From positions 9,847-73,846 of the forward strand of contig JBBRWZ010000002.1 of assembly GCA_038248895.1 (NCBI GenBank): a stretch of 64,000 nucleotides of DNA, given 5' to 3'. Source of the stretch: Candidatus Limnocylindria bacterium (GTDB taxonomy: Bacteria; Chloroflexota; Limnocylindria; QHBO01). Positions 35,375-42,983 of this stretch are shown piece after piece. The position numbers were made by a program, and so were the translations under genes. Within the stretch, counting starts at the first letter, position 1. Each line of letters opens with the position of its first letter. A model generated the notes under the pieces. The model was not told the origin of the DNA. It made no database searches and saw nothing but the letters and a program-made list of their open reading frames with translations.

Positions 35375-36132
35375 GTCGCACCCACCTCGGAACGCGACAC
35401 CATCGTCATCTCACCGTGGAGCCACGCCCAATCCGCCCCGTGTGACGAGCGTGCGTCGGGTGGCGGCGTCGGACTCGGGACCGCGAGCCGTCGCGATTCG
35501 AGCGGTCCGGTGATCGCCTCAAGCCACCGCTCGCGGATCGTGCGCATCGGCTCGGGGAGGATGCCCGCGCCCACCAGAACGTCCTCGGCGGCTAGCGGCG
35601 CGAGGACGCTGGCGGCGTCTGCGGCGAGTCGCGCGAAGGCTGCCTCGAGCCGCTCGCGGGTCGCGTCGTCCCCCTCGGCGAGGCGGCGCACCCAGGCATC
35701 GACGTGCATCAGGTGGTACCGCTCCTCGCGACGCATCTTGGCCGCGAGCTGGGCGAGGGGTGCATGGGACGACCGGGCGAGCGCCTCGAGCCGTGCCGCG
35801 TCGGCGGTCTCGTACAGGTAGCGACGGGCCATCGTGAAGGCCCAATCGGTCCGCGGGTGGTCGAGCAGGCGGGCGTGGCGATAGGCGTCCGGCTCGCGGC
35901 CGTAGGCGATGGCGTCCGCATCGGTCCCGGTTAGCTCGGCGAGCAGGCCATAGAGCGCAGCGGCGTGGCCGATCTCATCCTGGCTGATGGAGCTCATCGC
36001 CACGTCCTCCTCGAGCATCGGCGCGATGCCGGTCCACTCGGAGTCCCAGTAGCCGATGACGAGCTCGTCATCGGCCAGCGCCAGCAGCAGCTCGCCGAGC
36101 GCGTCGCGCGTCGCCGCGTCGAGCTCGCTCAC
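35368..36132 (-). CDS. paaC: 1,2-phenylacetyl-CoA epoxidase subunit PaaC
   Basis: 254 aa with PaaC-like blocks (LALADDELVIGYWDSEW, SISQDEIGHAAALY). It overlaps both neighbours. Confidence 0.88.
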   Translation of the reverse strand: MSELDAATRDALGELLLALADDELVIGYWDSEWTGIAPMLEEDVAMSSISQDEIGHAAALYGLLAELTGTDADAIAYGREPDAYRHARLLDHPRTDWAFTMARRYLYETADAARLEALARSSHAPLAQLAAKMRREERYHLMHVDAWVRRLAEGDDATRERLEAAFARLAADAASVLAPLAAEDVLVGAGILPEPMRTIRERWLEAITGPLESRRLAVPSPTPPPDARSSHGADWAWLHGEMTMVSRSEVGATW

Positions 36133-36437
36133 GGTTCGTCGGCGCGCGTCACGCGTGCCTTCGCCGCCTCGAGCTTGTGCTTGATGATGTACCCGCCCGG
36201 CCGCTTGAACGACCGATCGAACGGTGGCTGCAGCAGGTCCGGATCGTCGAGCTCGGCGATCGCGTCGCGCGGCACGACCCAGATGCGATGGCTCTCCTGC
36301 CGGCGACCGTAGAACTCGCGGGCATAGTGCACGGCCAGCTCGGCATCGGGTGCGTTGACACTCCCGCCGTGGACCATCGGGTCCCCCTCCGACTCCTGGC
36401 GGAACACTTCCCAGATGCGTTCGCCGCGGTCGCTCAC
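36129..36437 (-). CDS. paaB: 1,2-phenylacetyl-CoA epoxidase subunit PaaB
   Basis: Start GTG 36437, 10 nt after the paaA stop. The product (WEVFRQ...HGGSVNAPDAELAVHYAREFYGRR...IWVV) matches the ~95-aa PaaB family. The tracked ATG 36506 would overlap paaA. Confidence 0.85.
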   Translation of the reverse strand: MSDRGERIWEVFRQESEGDPMVHGGSVNAPDAELAVHYAREFYGRRQESHRIWVVPRDAIAELDDPDLLQPPFDRSFKRPGGYIIKHKLEAAKARVTRADEP

Positions 36438-36447
36438 GCCGTGCGCG

Positions 36448-37407
36448 TCAGGCGGCCGCGGCCGCGCCACCGAGTAGCGCATCACGCACCCACTGGGTGG
36501 CAGCAAAGTTCACCCGTCGGAACTCGAGACGCTCCTGGGACGCGGGCCCGTGGCCGGTGACGACCGCCTTCAGCTCGCTCCAGTCCGGCTCGGTGTACCG
36601 CCATCGGCCTGTCGCATCGTCGTCCTGGAGCGCATCGTCCGGAAGGCTGAGGCCCAGCTCGCGAATCCGGGGCACGTAGATCGAGAGGAACTCCTGCCGC
36701 AGCTGCTCGTTGCCCTTGGCCTTGATCCGCCAGTGAAGATCCTTGTCGCGGGCCGGGTCGGTGGGCGGGCCGTGCATCTGCATCAGCGGACCCCACCAAC
36801 GATCGAGCGCCTCCTGGACGAGTGCGCGCTGCCCATCGGTCCCGTTCATGAGCGTCAGCACCACGTCGCGCCCGTGCATGATGTGGACCGATTCTTCCCA
36901 GCAGATCTTCTTCATGGTGCGCGCGTACGGCGCGTAGGACGAGTCGCGCAGCGCCTGCTGGCTCACGATCGCGGCCGCGTCGACGAGCCACGCGATGATG
37001 CCCACATCGGCCCATGACCGGGTGGGGTAATGGAAGACGTTGTGGAACTTCGTCCGGCCGGCGAGCAGGTCGGCGAGCATCGCCGAACGTGACTTGCCGA
37101 GATCCTCCGCGACGCGGTAGAGCAGCTGGGCGTGACCCACCTCGTCCTGGATCTTGCTCGTCAGCGCCAGCTTGCGGCGCAGGTTTGGGGCACGCAGCAG
37201 CCAGTCACGCTCCGGCAGGACGCCCATCAGCTCGCTGTTGGCATGCATCTCCACGAACTTGAGCACCGCCGCGCGGTACTCGTCGGGCATCCAGTCGTCC
37301 GCCTCGACCTTGCCGCCACTCCCGACATGGGCGTAGAACGCGTCCGCGTCGCCGGGGCCGTACGGCGCGGGTCCGGAGAGCGGCTGGATCGTGTCGCTGT
37401 CGTCCAT
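36448..37407 (-). CDS. paaA: 1,2-phenylacetyl-CoA epoxidase catalytic subunit PaaA (di-iron)
   Basis: About 319 aa from ATG 37407. Ferritin-like di-iron motifs are present (QDEVGHAQLLY, EESVHIMHG). Confidence 0.9.
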   Translation of the reverse strand: MDDSDTIQPLSGPAPYGPGDADAFYAHVGSGGKVEADDWMPDEYRAAVLKFVEMHANSELMGVLPERDWLLRAPNLRRKLALTSKIQDEVGHAQLLYRVAEDLGKSRSAMLADLLAGRTKFHNVFHYPTRSWADVGIIAWLVDAAAIVSQQALRDSSYAPYARTMKKICWEESVHIMHGRDVVLTLMNGTDGQRALVQEALDRWWGPLMQMHGPPTDPARDKDLHWRIKAKGNEQLRQEFLSIYVPRIRELGLSLPDDALQDDDATGRWRYTEPDWSELKAVVTGHGPASQERLEFRRVNFAATQWVRDALLGGAAAAA

Positions 37408-37468
37408 GAGGCGTCCCACGATACTGCAAGACCGATACGCGAGCCACCGCACGCGGCTCTGGAACCGA

Positions 37469-37711
37469 TCAGTCGTGCGGAGCGCGCTTCAGCGGCCGAT
37501 GCCAGCGCCGGTACGCCTCGGCGGCGGTGCAGCCCACGTCGAGGACGTCACCATCCGTGCGCACGTCGGGACGCGGAACGTAGAGGTCGACGGGCACCGC
37601 GCTCGAGGTCCGCACCAGCAGGTAGTCCGCGAAGACCGCGTCGACGGTGCCGATCCGGCGGCGTCCACTGCCCGTGACCGGCGCGCCAACGCGCGCTTCG
37701 CCATCGCTCAT
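37469..37711 (-). CDS. Small hypothetical protein (PRC-barrel/DUF2171-like, tentative)
   Basis: 80 aa. Its ATGA overlap with the upstream lipid-kinase stop supports translation. The pattern G.V..V..DYLLV......VDLYVP recalls small PRC-barrel proteins. The family assignment is weak. Confidence 0.5.
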   Translation of the reverse strand: MSDGEARVGAPVTGSGRRRIGTVDAVFADYLLVRTSSAVPVDLYVPRPDVRTDGDVLDVGCTAAEAYRRWHRPLKRAPHD

Positions 37712-38628
37712 CCATGCACCGTACCCGATGCCCGCGGCGCGGCGACGGCCACGGCCACCGCGCCCGGCTCAACGGTCACTTCCAGCGGCACCGCCCCGAA
37801 CGGCTCACCGTCGAGGTGAATGAGGGCCGCGTCGCCATCGATGTGCAGCTTGCTGAACGGAGCCACCGACACCGCCGGGTGACCGATATGGCGTCCGCGG
37901 TAGAGGCCGGGCAGCTGGCGCAGGGCGGCGAGCTTCGCGATGTCCCCGACCACGCACAGGTCCAACTGCGCGTCGTCGAGGCGCGACGCCGGGCTGATGC
38001 GCATGCCGCCGCCGTACCACGGGCCGTTGGCGAAGGCCGCGAAGAGCACCGGGCCATCGATGCGCCGGTCGTCGTCGAGGGTCATGCGCAGTGTCGCATT
38101 GCGCCCGCGCCGCAGCTCGTCGAGCGTGGTCAGCAGGTAACCGGCGCGGCCCCGCTGCCACCAGCCGCGCGCCACAGCCATGCGCGCCGCGATGGCGGCG
38201 TCGAACCCAACCCCGCCCGCGACGAGGAATCGCCGCTCGCGACCATCGGAGCACGCGAGGCCGGCGTCGATGACGCGCACTGCGCCGCGCAGGGCGACCG
38301 CCAGGGCGGCGACCGGTTCGCGCGGCAGGCCCAGGGCGCGTGCCAGGTCGTTGCCGTTACCGCCCGGCACGATCCCGAGCACGGGTGGAGTGGCGACGCC
38401 GCGCAGGCCGTTGGCCGCAGCCTGCACCGTGCCCTCGCCCCCGACCACGATCAGCCGCTCCACGCCCCGCGCGGCGGCCTCGTGCGCGATGCGCTCGGTG
38501 TCGGCAGCCGACGCTCCCGATGTCAGGCTGCCCCCGGCGTCGGCCACCGCGGCCCGCAGCCGCGCGGCGGCGCGTTCCGCACGGCCCGACCCGGCGGTTG
38601 GATTGACGACGACCAGGAAGCGGTCCAT
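37708..38628 (-). CDS. Diacylglycerol kinase-family lipid kinase (YegS/DagK-like)
   Basis: Start ATG 38628 (MDRFLVVVNPTAGSG). Carries GGEGTV (a GGDGT variant) and PGGNGNDLARALG. Confidence 0.88.
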   Translation of the reverse strand: MDRFLVVVNPTAGSGRAERAAARLRAAVADAGGSLTSGASAADTERIAHEAAARGVERLIVVGGEGTVQAAANGLRGVATPPVLGIVPGGNGNDLARALGLPREPVAALAVALRGAVRVIDAGLACSDGRERRFLVAGGVGFDAAIAARMAVARGWWQRGRAGYLLTTLDELRRGRNATLRMTLDDDRRIDGPVLFAAFANGPWYGGGMRISPASRLDDAQLDLCVVGDIAKLAALRQLPGLYRGRHIGHPAVSVAPFSKLHIDGDAALIHLDGEPFGAVPLEVTVEPGAVAVAVAAPRASGTVHG

Positions 38629-38678
38629 TGCGCGACCGATTCTGCGTTCTGCTGTCAACGCCGTATCCTGTTGGACCG

Positions 38679-39572
38679 ATGACGACGCTGCTCCGCCGCG
38701 CTCTTCGCGGCGCCGCCTGGGCCGTCGCGCTGCTCGCGGGCGTGGTTCTCGTCCAGGTCGTCCGGCTCCGTGGCGTCCGGCTCCTGCCCGGCTACCCCGG
38801 CTTCTGGATCAGCCACACCGTCCTGCCGTCGCGCGGCGCGCCCAGCGGTGACGCGCTGCGGTTTGTCGTCTTCGGCGATTCGACGACCGTTGGCGTCGGC
38901 GTCGACCGTCCCGAGGACTCGCTCCCCCATCGACTCGCCTGGCACATCGCCGATGCCTCGGGATTGCCGGTGCGCGTGATCAGCTTCGGCTGGGCTGGAG
39001 CGCGCATGCACGCGGTCCCGACCGATCAGATCCCACGCGCCATGCGTCCGCGCGACGCCGGCGCGGCGTCGTGGCTCGCCACCGCCGACATTGTCGCCAT
39101 CGTGGTTGGCGCCAACGACGCCACGCACCGCACGCGGCCCGCGGCGTTCCGGCGCGATCTCCGCGCCTCTTTGGCGGCGATTCGCGACGCGGTTCCGGCA
39201 GCGGACGTGGTCGTCGCCGGCATTCCGCGCCTGCGCGGCGTCCTCCGCCATCTCGAGCCACTGATCACGCTGGCCGATATCGGAGCGGCACCGTTGCGTC
39301 GCGTCCAGCGCCGCGAAGCGGCGCGAGCGGGAGTCACGTTCGCGGACCTGGCGCGCGACCTCCTCCCGCGCCTCATCGGGCGGGTGGATCGTCGAACAGC
39401 GCTCGCGTCCGACCGCTTCCATCCCGGACCGGCGGTCTACGCCGCCTGGGCGGAGGTCATTGCCGATGCGCTGCGCGCAGCAGACGTGGCTACGATGCGA
39501 CCTCGGGCGGCGGCACCTGGAGCATCGGCATTGCTCGTTCCTGACCCTCCCAGCGACGGAAGCGACGACTGA
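38679..39572 (+). CDS. Membrane-anchored SGNH/GDSL hydrolase
   Basis: Has an N-terminal TM helix (AAWAVALLAGVVLVQVV) and SGNH blocks I (VVFGDSTTVG), III (VGANDATH) and V (SDRFHPG). Its 3' end overlaps the convergent glycosyltransferase by 83 nt. Confidence 0.85.
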   Translation: MTTLLRRALRGAAWAVALLAGVVLVQVVRLRGVRLLPGYPGFWISHTVLPSRGAPSGDALRFVVFGDSTTVGVGVDRPEDSLPHRLAWHIADASGLPVRVISFGWAGARMHAVPTDQIPRAMRPRDAGAASWLATADIVAIVVGANDATHRTRPAAFRRDLRASLAAIRDAVPAADVVVAGIPRLRGVLRHLEPLITLADIGAAPLRRVQRREAARAGVTFADLARDLLPRLIGRVDRRTALASDRFHPGPAVYAAWAEVIADALRAADVATMRPRAAAPGASALLVPDPPSDGSDD

Positions 39573-41460
39573 GGCCGGCCAGGTCGGACCGAAGCAGATC
39601 GGTCAGCCGGACGCGCTCGATGCCGGCGACGGCATAGTCGCCCACGAAGATGGCGCGCGCCAGGTCTCCAGCGGCGGGGTCCTGCCCGCTCGCGAACTCG
39701 AACGCGTAGTGAAGCTCACCGGTCGGCGCCTCACGCACCGAGCGGACGGTGGCCCACAGCGAGATGGGGCGCTCGGCGAGCCCGAACGTGACGAGATGTC
39801 GGTCGCGCTCGGCGAGGCGTTCCCGCGTGGCGAGGAGCGTTCCCCCCACCGACACGTCCTGGATGCCGGCCGCGACCCCGTCGACCGAGCCGGGGACGTC
39901 GACGGCGAAGCGGACGCCCGCCCGCCGCTCACCGGCAAAGCGCAGCGAGCGCACGCGACGGATGGCGAGCCAGACGAGGCCCGCGTTGATCGTCAGCCAG
40001 CCGAACGCGCCCCACGCCGCCCACGGCTCGCGATACGTGATCGGCAACACACCGAGCCGAGCGAGGGCGAAGACGACGGCGGCGACGAACGACAGGGCAA
40101 GCACCGCGCGCAGGGGAGCCGGCGCCGGCACGCGACCGCGCGCATCGCCGGTTCGACCCTTGGGCGTGACCTCGAAGCGCGGCACGCGGCTGGTGAGAAG
40201 GGTCAGCGTGGCGCGCAGGTTGGGCGCCATCCGCACCAGCTCGAAGAGCACGGAGAGGACCGGGCGGTAAGCGCCGCGACCGAGCCGGTACAGCGCCAGC
40301 TGCTGCAGCCCGTACGTGGCACCGAAGGCGAGCGCGAAGGTGCGGCCATCGGCCAGGATCGGGATCTGGCCGGTGAGCAGGACCGCGATCGGCAGCAGCA
40401 GGAAGCCCAGCGTCCGCCAGGCATCGAACCACCCGAGCAGCGTCGACGCGTACGCGAGCCGCTGGGACAGCGACAGGCCATCGACGGTGAGCGGGTTCTC
40501 CGTCTTCAGCACCTGCATCGCTCCCGTCCCCCATCGGTTTCGCTGCAGCTGGTACTGGGCCGCATCGTCGGCAGCCAGACCACGCGCCAGGACCTCGTTG
40601 TGGTAGACGCTGCGCCATCCGGCGCGATGCAGGCGGATCGTGGTGTGGATGTCCTCGGTGATCGTCTCCACCGCACAGCCGCCGACGTCGCGCAGCGCGC
40701 GCGTCCGCACCACCGCATTGGTCCCGCACCAGAACGCGGCATTCCAGCGGTTCTTCCCCGGCTGGATGAGCCGATAGAAGAGCGTCTGCTCGTGGAACTG
40801 CTCGCCGAACGTCCGCCCCGAGCCGTGCTCGAAGCTGCTGATGTTGTAAAACTCCTGCGGCGTCTGGACGACGGCCAGATGCGGGTCGCGGAAGTAGCCC
40901 ATCGTGTTGCGCAGGAAGTCGGGACGAGCGACGTGGTCGGCATCGAGGATGGCGAGCAGGTCAGTCCGGACGTGGCCAAGGGCGTGGTTGACGTTGCCGG
41001 CCTTGGCGTGCTCGTGCGTTGGGCGGGCCAGGTAGTGAGCGCCCAGCTCCGCGGCCATGCGGCGCACCTCCGGCCGATCCCCGTCATCGAGGACCCATGT
41101 CTCGTGCGCGGGCTCGAGCGCCACCGCCGCGGCCACGGTCGGCAGCAGCACCTCGCGCCCTTCGTTGTAGGTCGGGATGAGCACCGCCACGCTGTGGTTC
41201 GGATCAGGCTCGAGCAGCGGTGGACGACGGTCGACGTCCCACAGGCTAAAGGTGAACAGCGCCAGCCCCAGCACAGCGTGCACTTCGAGGAAGAGCATGG
41301 GCACGGACAGGTACCACGCGGACAGGTTGAGGGTCGCCAGCGCGCGCCACGCCAGGTAGGCCACGCTGACGGCGACGGCGACGATGGCCACCAGGCGCGT
41401 CAGGGCCACCGCGTCCAGCGGCTCACGGCGCGGAAGGCCCAGGGAGCGGAGATCGATCAC
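39490..41460 (-). CDS. BcsA-like processive family-2 glycosyltransferase with C-terminal PilZ (c-di-GMP-binding) domain
   Basis: GT2 motifs are VLIPTYNE, VLDDGD, ILDADHV, VQTPQEF, ITEDIHTT and Q-R-N-R-W (QxxRW). Multiple TM helices are present. PilZ motifs are RRAGVR (RxxxR) and DVSVGG (DxSxxG). The start is taken as GTG 41460; the only upstream start is ATG 41622, whose 54 extra codons look non-coding. Confidence 0.88.
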   Translation of the reverse strand: MIDLRSLGLPRREPLDAVALTRLVAIVAVAVSVAYLAWRALATLNLSAWYLSVPMLFLEVHAVLGLALFTFSLWDVDRRPPLLEPDPNHSVAVLIPTYNEGREVLLPTVAAAVALEPAHETWVLDDGDRPEVRRMAAELGAHYLARPTHEHAKAGNVNHALGHVRTDLLAILDADHVARPDFLRNTMGYFRDPHLAVVQTPQEFYNISSFEHGSGRTFGEQFHEQTLFYRLIQPGKNRWNAAFWCGTNAVVRTRALRDVGGCAVETITEDIHTTIRLHRAGWRSVYHNEVLARGLAADDAAQYQLQRNRWGTGAMQVLKTENPLTVDGLSLSQRLAYASTLLGWFDAWRTLGFLLLPIAVLLTGQIPILADGRTFALAFGATYGLQQLALYRLGRGAYRPVLSVLFELVRMAPNLRATLTLLTSRVPRFEVTPKGRTGDARGRVPAPAPLRAVLALSFVAAVVFALARLGVLPITYREPWAAWGAFGWLTINAGLVWLAIRRVRSLRFAGERRAGVRFAVDVPGSVDGVAAGIQDVSVGGTLLATRERLAERDRHLVTFGLAERPISLWATVRSVREAPTGELHYAFEFASGQDPAAGDLARAIFVGDYAVAGIERVRLTDLLRSDLAGLSRRFRRWEGQERAMPMLQVPPPEVAS

Positions 41461-41684
41461 GCCGGTTATTGAGCCGCGCCACGGGTCATGCGGCGATGAC
41501 CCGAATCTCCCATCCGACGGCGGTACCACCGCGCATAGGACCGAAGGTGGTGCGTCGAGACACCGACTCGGCGCGTGAGCCTTGCCGAGGACCGCCCGGC
41601 TCTGGCATCCTGACTCCCTCACGCGGGAGGGCGTGTCCTCGCCTCCCCACGGTTCCCACCGCGTGCCTTGTGTGGAGCGTGCCT

Positions 41685-42953
41685 GTGCGGCGTCCGATGC
41701 TGGTCCTCGTCGCCCTGGCCCTGGCCGTCGGCCTGGCCGGGCAGGCGACGCCTGCGCGGGGCGCGGAGGTCGCGGTCAACGTCGCGATCATCGTCGGTCC
41801 CGTCGGGGCGGAGCTGACGCCGGTCTACATCGACATCGCCGAGGCCGCCGCAGCAGCCGCGGAGGCGCACGGAGCGACCGTCCGCCGCGCCTATTCGCCG
41901 GATGCCACGGCCGACAATGTTCTCGCGGCCGTCGACGGTGCGAACATCGTGGTCTACCTGGGCCACGGCGTGGGAACGCCGAACCCGTACAGCGATCACC
42001 CGAATCCGGCCACCACCAACGGCTGGGGCCTGAACGGGCCGGGGCGTCGGGGCGATCACGCCGACTCGTGGCAGGACGGCAGCCTCGCGTACTACGGCGA
42101 GGCATGGATCGCGGCCCACGCGCACCCCGCGCCGGGGTGGGTGATGATCTACTCGAATGCCTGCTACGCCGCCGGCGCCAGCGAGCAGTGGATCGGCCCC
42201 GCGACTGAGGCGGAAGCGGCCACGCGAGTCACCGCCTACAGCCACGTGCCGCTCGCCGAGCTCGGGGCCAGCGCCTACTTCGCCGTCGACTTCTTCAAGG
42301 GCGCCGCCCACATCATCGAGCGGATCCTGGCGACGCCCGACGCGACGTACGGACAGATCTTCGCCGGTGAGGCGACGTTCACGCCAGATGCGCTGACGAT
42401 GCTGGCCGACACGAAGGGCGGCGCGTCACAAGTCTGGCTGCACCGCTCCGCATACTTCGACGGCCGGCTCGACTACTGGTACGCCTTCGCCGGCGACCCG
42501 AGCGCCACGCCGTCGGCAACGATGCTCGCGGGCGTCGCGATCGGCGCGGCGCCCGGCAGCGGGCAGGTGAGCGGCGCCATCAACGGTCGCGCCTCCAGCT
42601 ACGCCGGCACCCCAGGATGGGAGGGCCGCCCGACCGTGGCGCTGCCCATCGCGGAGGGTATCGCGCCATCGGCGACGGAGCCGCCGACCGTGCTGGTCTG
42701 CGCGGATCGGTGCGCCGAGCTGCCGGTCGTCGACTCGTGCCCGTGCTACGCCGGCACGCCCGACGCTCGAGTGGCGAACCTCTCGCTCAGCGCGTGGGAG
42801 CTCATCTCGGACAAGCCGCTGGAGGAGGGGCTCATCGCGGTCAGCGTGATCCTCGATGGCTCCACGGAGACGCCTCCGGCACCGATGGCTGACAGCTCGC
42901 CCGAGGCTGGCCCGGCGACCCACCGCATCCCATTGGCCGACGCACCCTACTGA
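41685..42953 (+). CDS. Secreted two-domain protein: N-terminal putative His/Cys-dyad (clan CD caspase-fold-like) domain + C-terminal RlpA/expansin-type DPBB-like domain
   Basis: GTG 41685 lies 7 nt after GGAG (41674-41677) and gives the signal peptide VRRPMLVLVALALAVGLAGQATPARG/AE. Strand-loop motifs are IVVYLGHG (His codon 41964-41966) and VMIYSNACYAAG (Cys codon 42162-42164). The C-terminal GRASSYAG...VLVCADRCAELPVVDSCPC...ANLSLSAWELIS...GLIAVSV resembles RlpA-type double-psi beta barrels. Confidence 0.65.
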   Translation: MRRPMLVLVALALAVGLAGQATPARGAEVAVNVAIIVGPVGAELTPVYIDIAEAAAAAAEAHGATVRRAYSPDATADNVLAAVDGANIVVYLGHGVGTPNPYSDHPNPATTNGWGLNGPGRRGDHADSWQDGSLAYYGEAWIAAHAHPAPGWVMIYSNACYAAGASEQWIGPATEAEAATRVTAYSHVPLAELGASAYFAVDFFKGAAHIIERILATPDATYGQIFAGEATFTPDALTMLADTKGGASQVWLHRSAYFDGRLDYWYAFAGDPSATPSATMLAGVAIGAAPGSGQVSGAINGRASSYAGTPGWEGRPTVALPIAEGIAPSATEPPTVLVCADRCAELPVVDSCPCYAGTPDARVANLSLSAWELISDKPLEEGLIAVSVILDGSTETPPAPMADSSPEAGPATHRIPLADAPY

Positions 42954-42983
42954 GCCTTCGGCCGCCGGCCGGATCGGTGGCGA

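Noticed and set aside
41461-41684. Possible c-di-GMP riboswitch in the divergent spacer next to the PilZ-glycosyltransferase.
   Set aside because: Only generic hairpins are visible (for example GGGTCAT-6 nt-ATGACCC at 41483-41502). I could not recognise GEMM-I/II conserved cores. It needs an Infernal scan before any claim can be made.
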